Position numbers and translations under genes: made by a program. The notes below the pieces were generated by a model. It had not been told where the DNA came from, did not search any database, and saw only the letters and a list, made by a program, of their open reading frames with translations. From positions 273,358,001 to 273,422,000 of the forward strand of contig OZ024741.1 of the NCBI GenBank assembly GCA_964016885.1: a stretch of 64,000 bases of DNA, given 5' to 3'. Origin of the DNA: Eledone cirrhosa. Its lineage: Eukaryota. This document shows positions 62,669-64,000 of the stretch, piece after piece. Position 1 is the first letter of the stretch. Each line of letters opens with the position of its first letter.

Positions 62669-64000
62669 TCACCTTGACCGACAAGTCTGTCGGGCGTCCA
62701 TTCAGCGCCGATGGTCACAGCACGCCGTCCATTCCTCTCTGGATCGTGCTTTCCTCATCCATGTATTCCCAATCGTATTCTTAAAATCGTAACTCCACCC
62801 TCGTGGAGGCCTTCCGTGTGGTCGTTTCCGCTCGCGCGGGTACCACTCGGCAACTGCACGGGTTCACCGATTATCGGTGAACCGGGCGACGTGTCCAGCC
62901 CAACTGAGCTTGCTGCGCATATATTCCGTGATGACGTCCTTCACGCCGGACTTCTGTCTGATGACTTCGCTCCTGATGTGCTCTCTCAACGAGATTCCTA
63001 GCATTGATCTCTCCATGGCTCTTTGAGCCGTTACCAGCCTCTGCTCTTCTCTCTTCGTTGTAGCCCAAGTTTCACTGCCAGATAACATTGCAGGTAAAAC
63101 TGTGCTATTGAAGAGGTTGGCGCGGGTGGTCTTGTCCAACCTCCCCTTGAGCACATCCCTTATGCCGTTGAACGCCTTTCATCCGGCCCTTACTCTCCGC
63201 GAGATCTTCCTCTCAATGTCTCGGCGCATGTTCACTTCTTGTCCCAGGTAAACATATTGCTCCACCTCCTCTATTTCATCATCGCCAACCACCATTCGAC
63301 TTGTTGGTACGTTGTCGAGCCGCACGAACTTCGTTTTCATGCGGTTCATCGTGAGGCCTATTGCAGAGCTTTTGATGTCGAGCTCCGTCAGCATGTTCTG
63401 AATCTGATCCGTAGTTTCAGCGATGAGTACGACGTCATCAGCGAAACGGAGGTTAGGTAAGTATCTCGCCGTTGATGTTGACACCGCCTTGCCAGTCAAT
63501 GCCTCTGACGATCTGCTCGAGACACGCGGTGAAAAGTTTTGGAGAGATCGTATCTCCTTGCTTCACTCCCTTCTCGACCGGCACTCGTACGGGTGATGAC
63601 AGCAGAGCTGTCTGTGGTGCATCCGGAACTCGCCTCCCTGAGCAGTTCAACGTATTGCGCCTCGACTCCTTGCCTGTGCAGCGAGTTCAGCACTGCGTTG
63701 ATTTCGACGATGTCGAAGGCCTTCTCGTAGTCTACGTACGCATCTTGTACTCTTTTGCTCGCTCAAAGAGGCATCTTGTACTCTTTTGCTCGCTCAAGCA
63801 GTTGTGTCAGAGTAAATATGTGGTCCATCGTGCTGTAGTTTTTCCGTAAGCCGGCTTGCTCTCTCGGTTGCTGTTCGTCCAGATGACGTGATAACCTGTT
63901 CAGGATTATCTTCGTGAACAGCTTGCATATGGGTCGGTAGTTCTTCAGATCTTCTCTATCGCCTTTCTTGTATAGCAGGATGGTATTCGACTCTTTCCAC
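62669..64000 (-). mobile_element. Decayed RTE-clade LINE (RT and C-terminus)
   Basis: NYRPI, QPREQAG, GVKQGDTISPKLF, LRFADDVVL, YVYLGQ, SETW, WAGHVARFTDNR; multiple frameshifts; 3' end next to (TA)n. Confidence 0.9.

Overview
Very AT-rich animal genomic DNA made up mostly of transposable elements and (TA)n/(TG)n microsatellites. The SINE families and microsatellite load look like an octopod cephalopod, but this is inference only. The one host gene is a DUF229-family (alkaline phosphatase/sulfatase-fold) gene on the minus strand at about 42.5-44.5 kb. The window is a (TA)n-targeted hotspot for Penelope-like elements (PLEs). It holds one intact Naiad-type RT+GIY-YIG element with two pLTRs, two decayed Naiad-type copies, two DKG-type PLEs and many solo or inverted pLTRs. 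Reading by eye finds about 30 type I hammerhead ribozyme (HHR) motifs from about a dozen unrelated pLTR families. Main observations: (1) a covarying RYUC-[stem-loop]-UU-GARY hairpin lies 4-10 nt beyond the (TA)n insertion junction in 7 pLTR sequence types. (2) There are two retrozyme-like tandem arrays with one HHR per unit: a ~406-bp unit that also carries a Naiad N-terminal micro-ORF, and a 310-bp unit whose HHR carries a cluster of A>G changes (GAAA>GGGG) consistent with ADAR editing fixed by reverse transcription. (3) An asymmetric head-to-head pLTR architecture recurs. (4) There is a candidate U_UUU_UUA -1 frameshift into a PLE RT frame. Also present: a CR1-like LINE, RTE and CRE fragments, tRNA-derived SINEs, a MITE and a 42-bp minisatellite. 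All structures were read manually; nothing was computed or searched.
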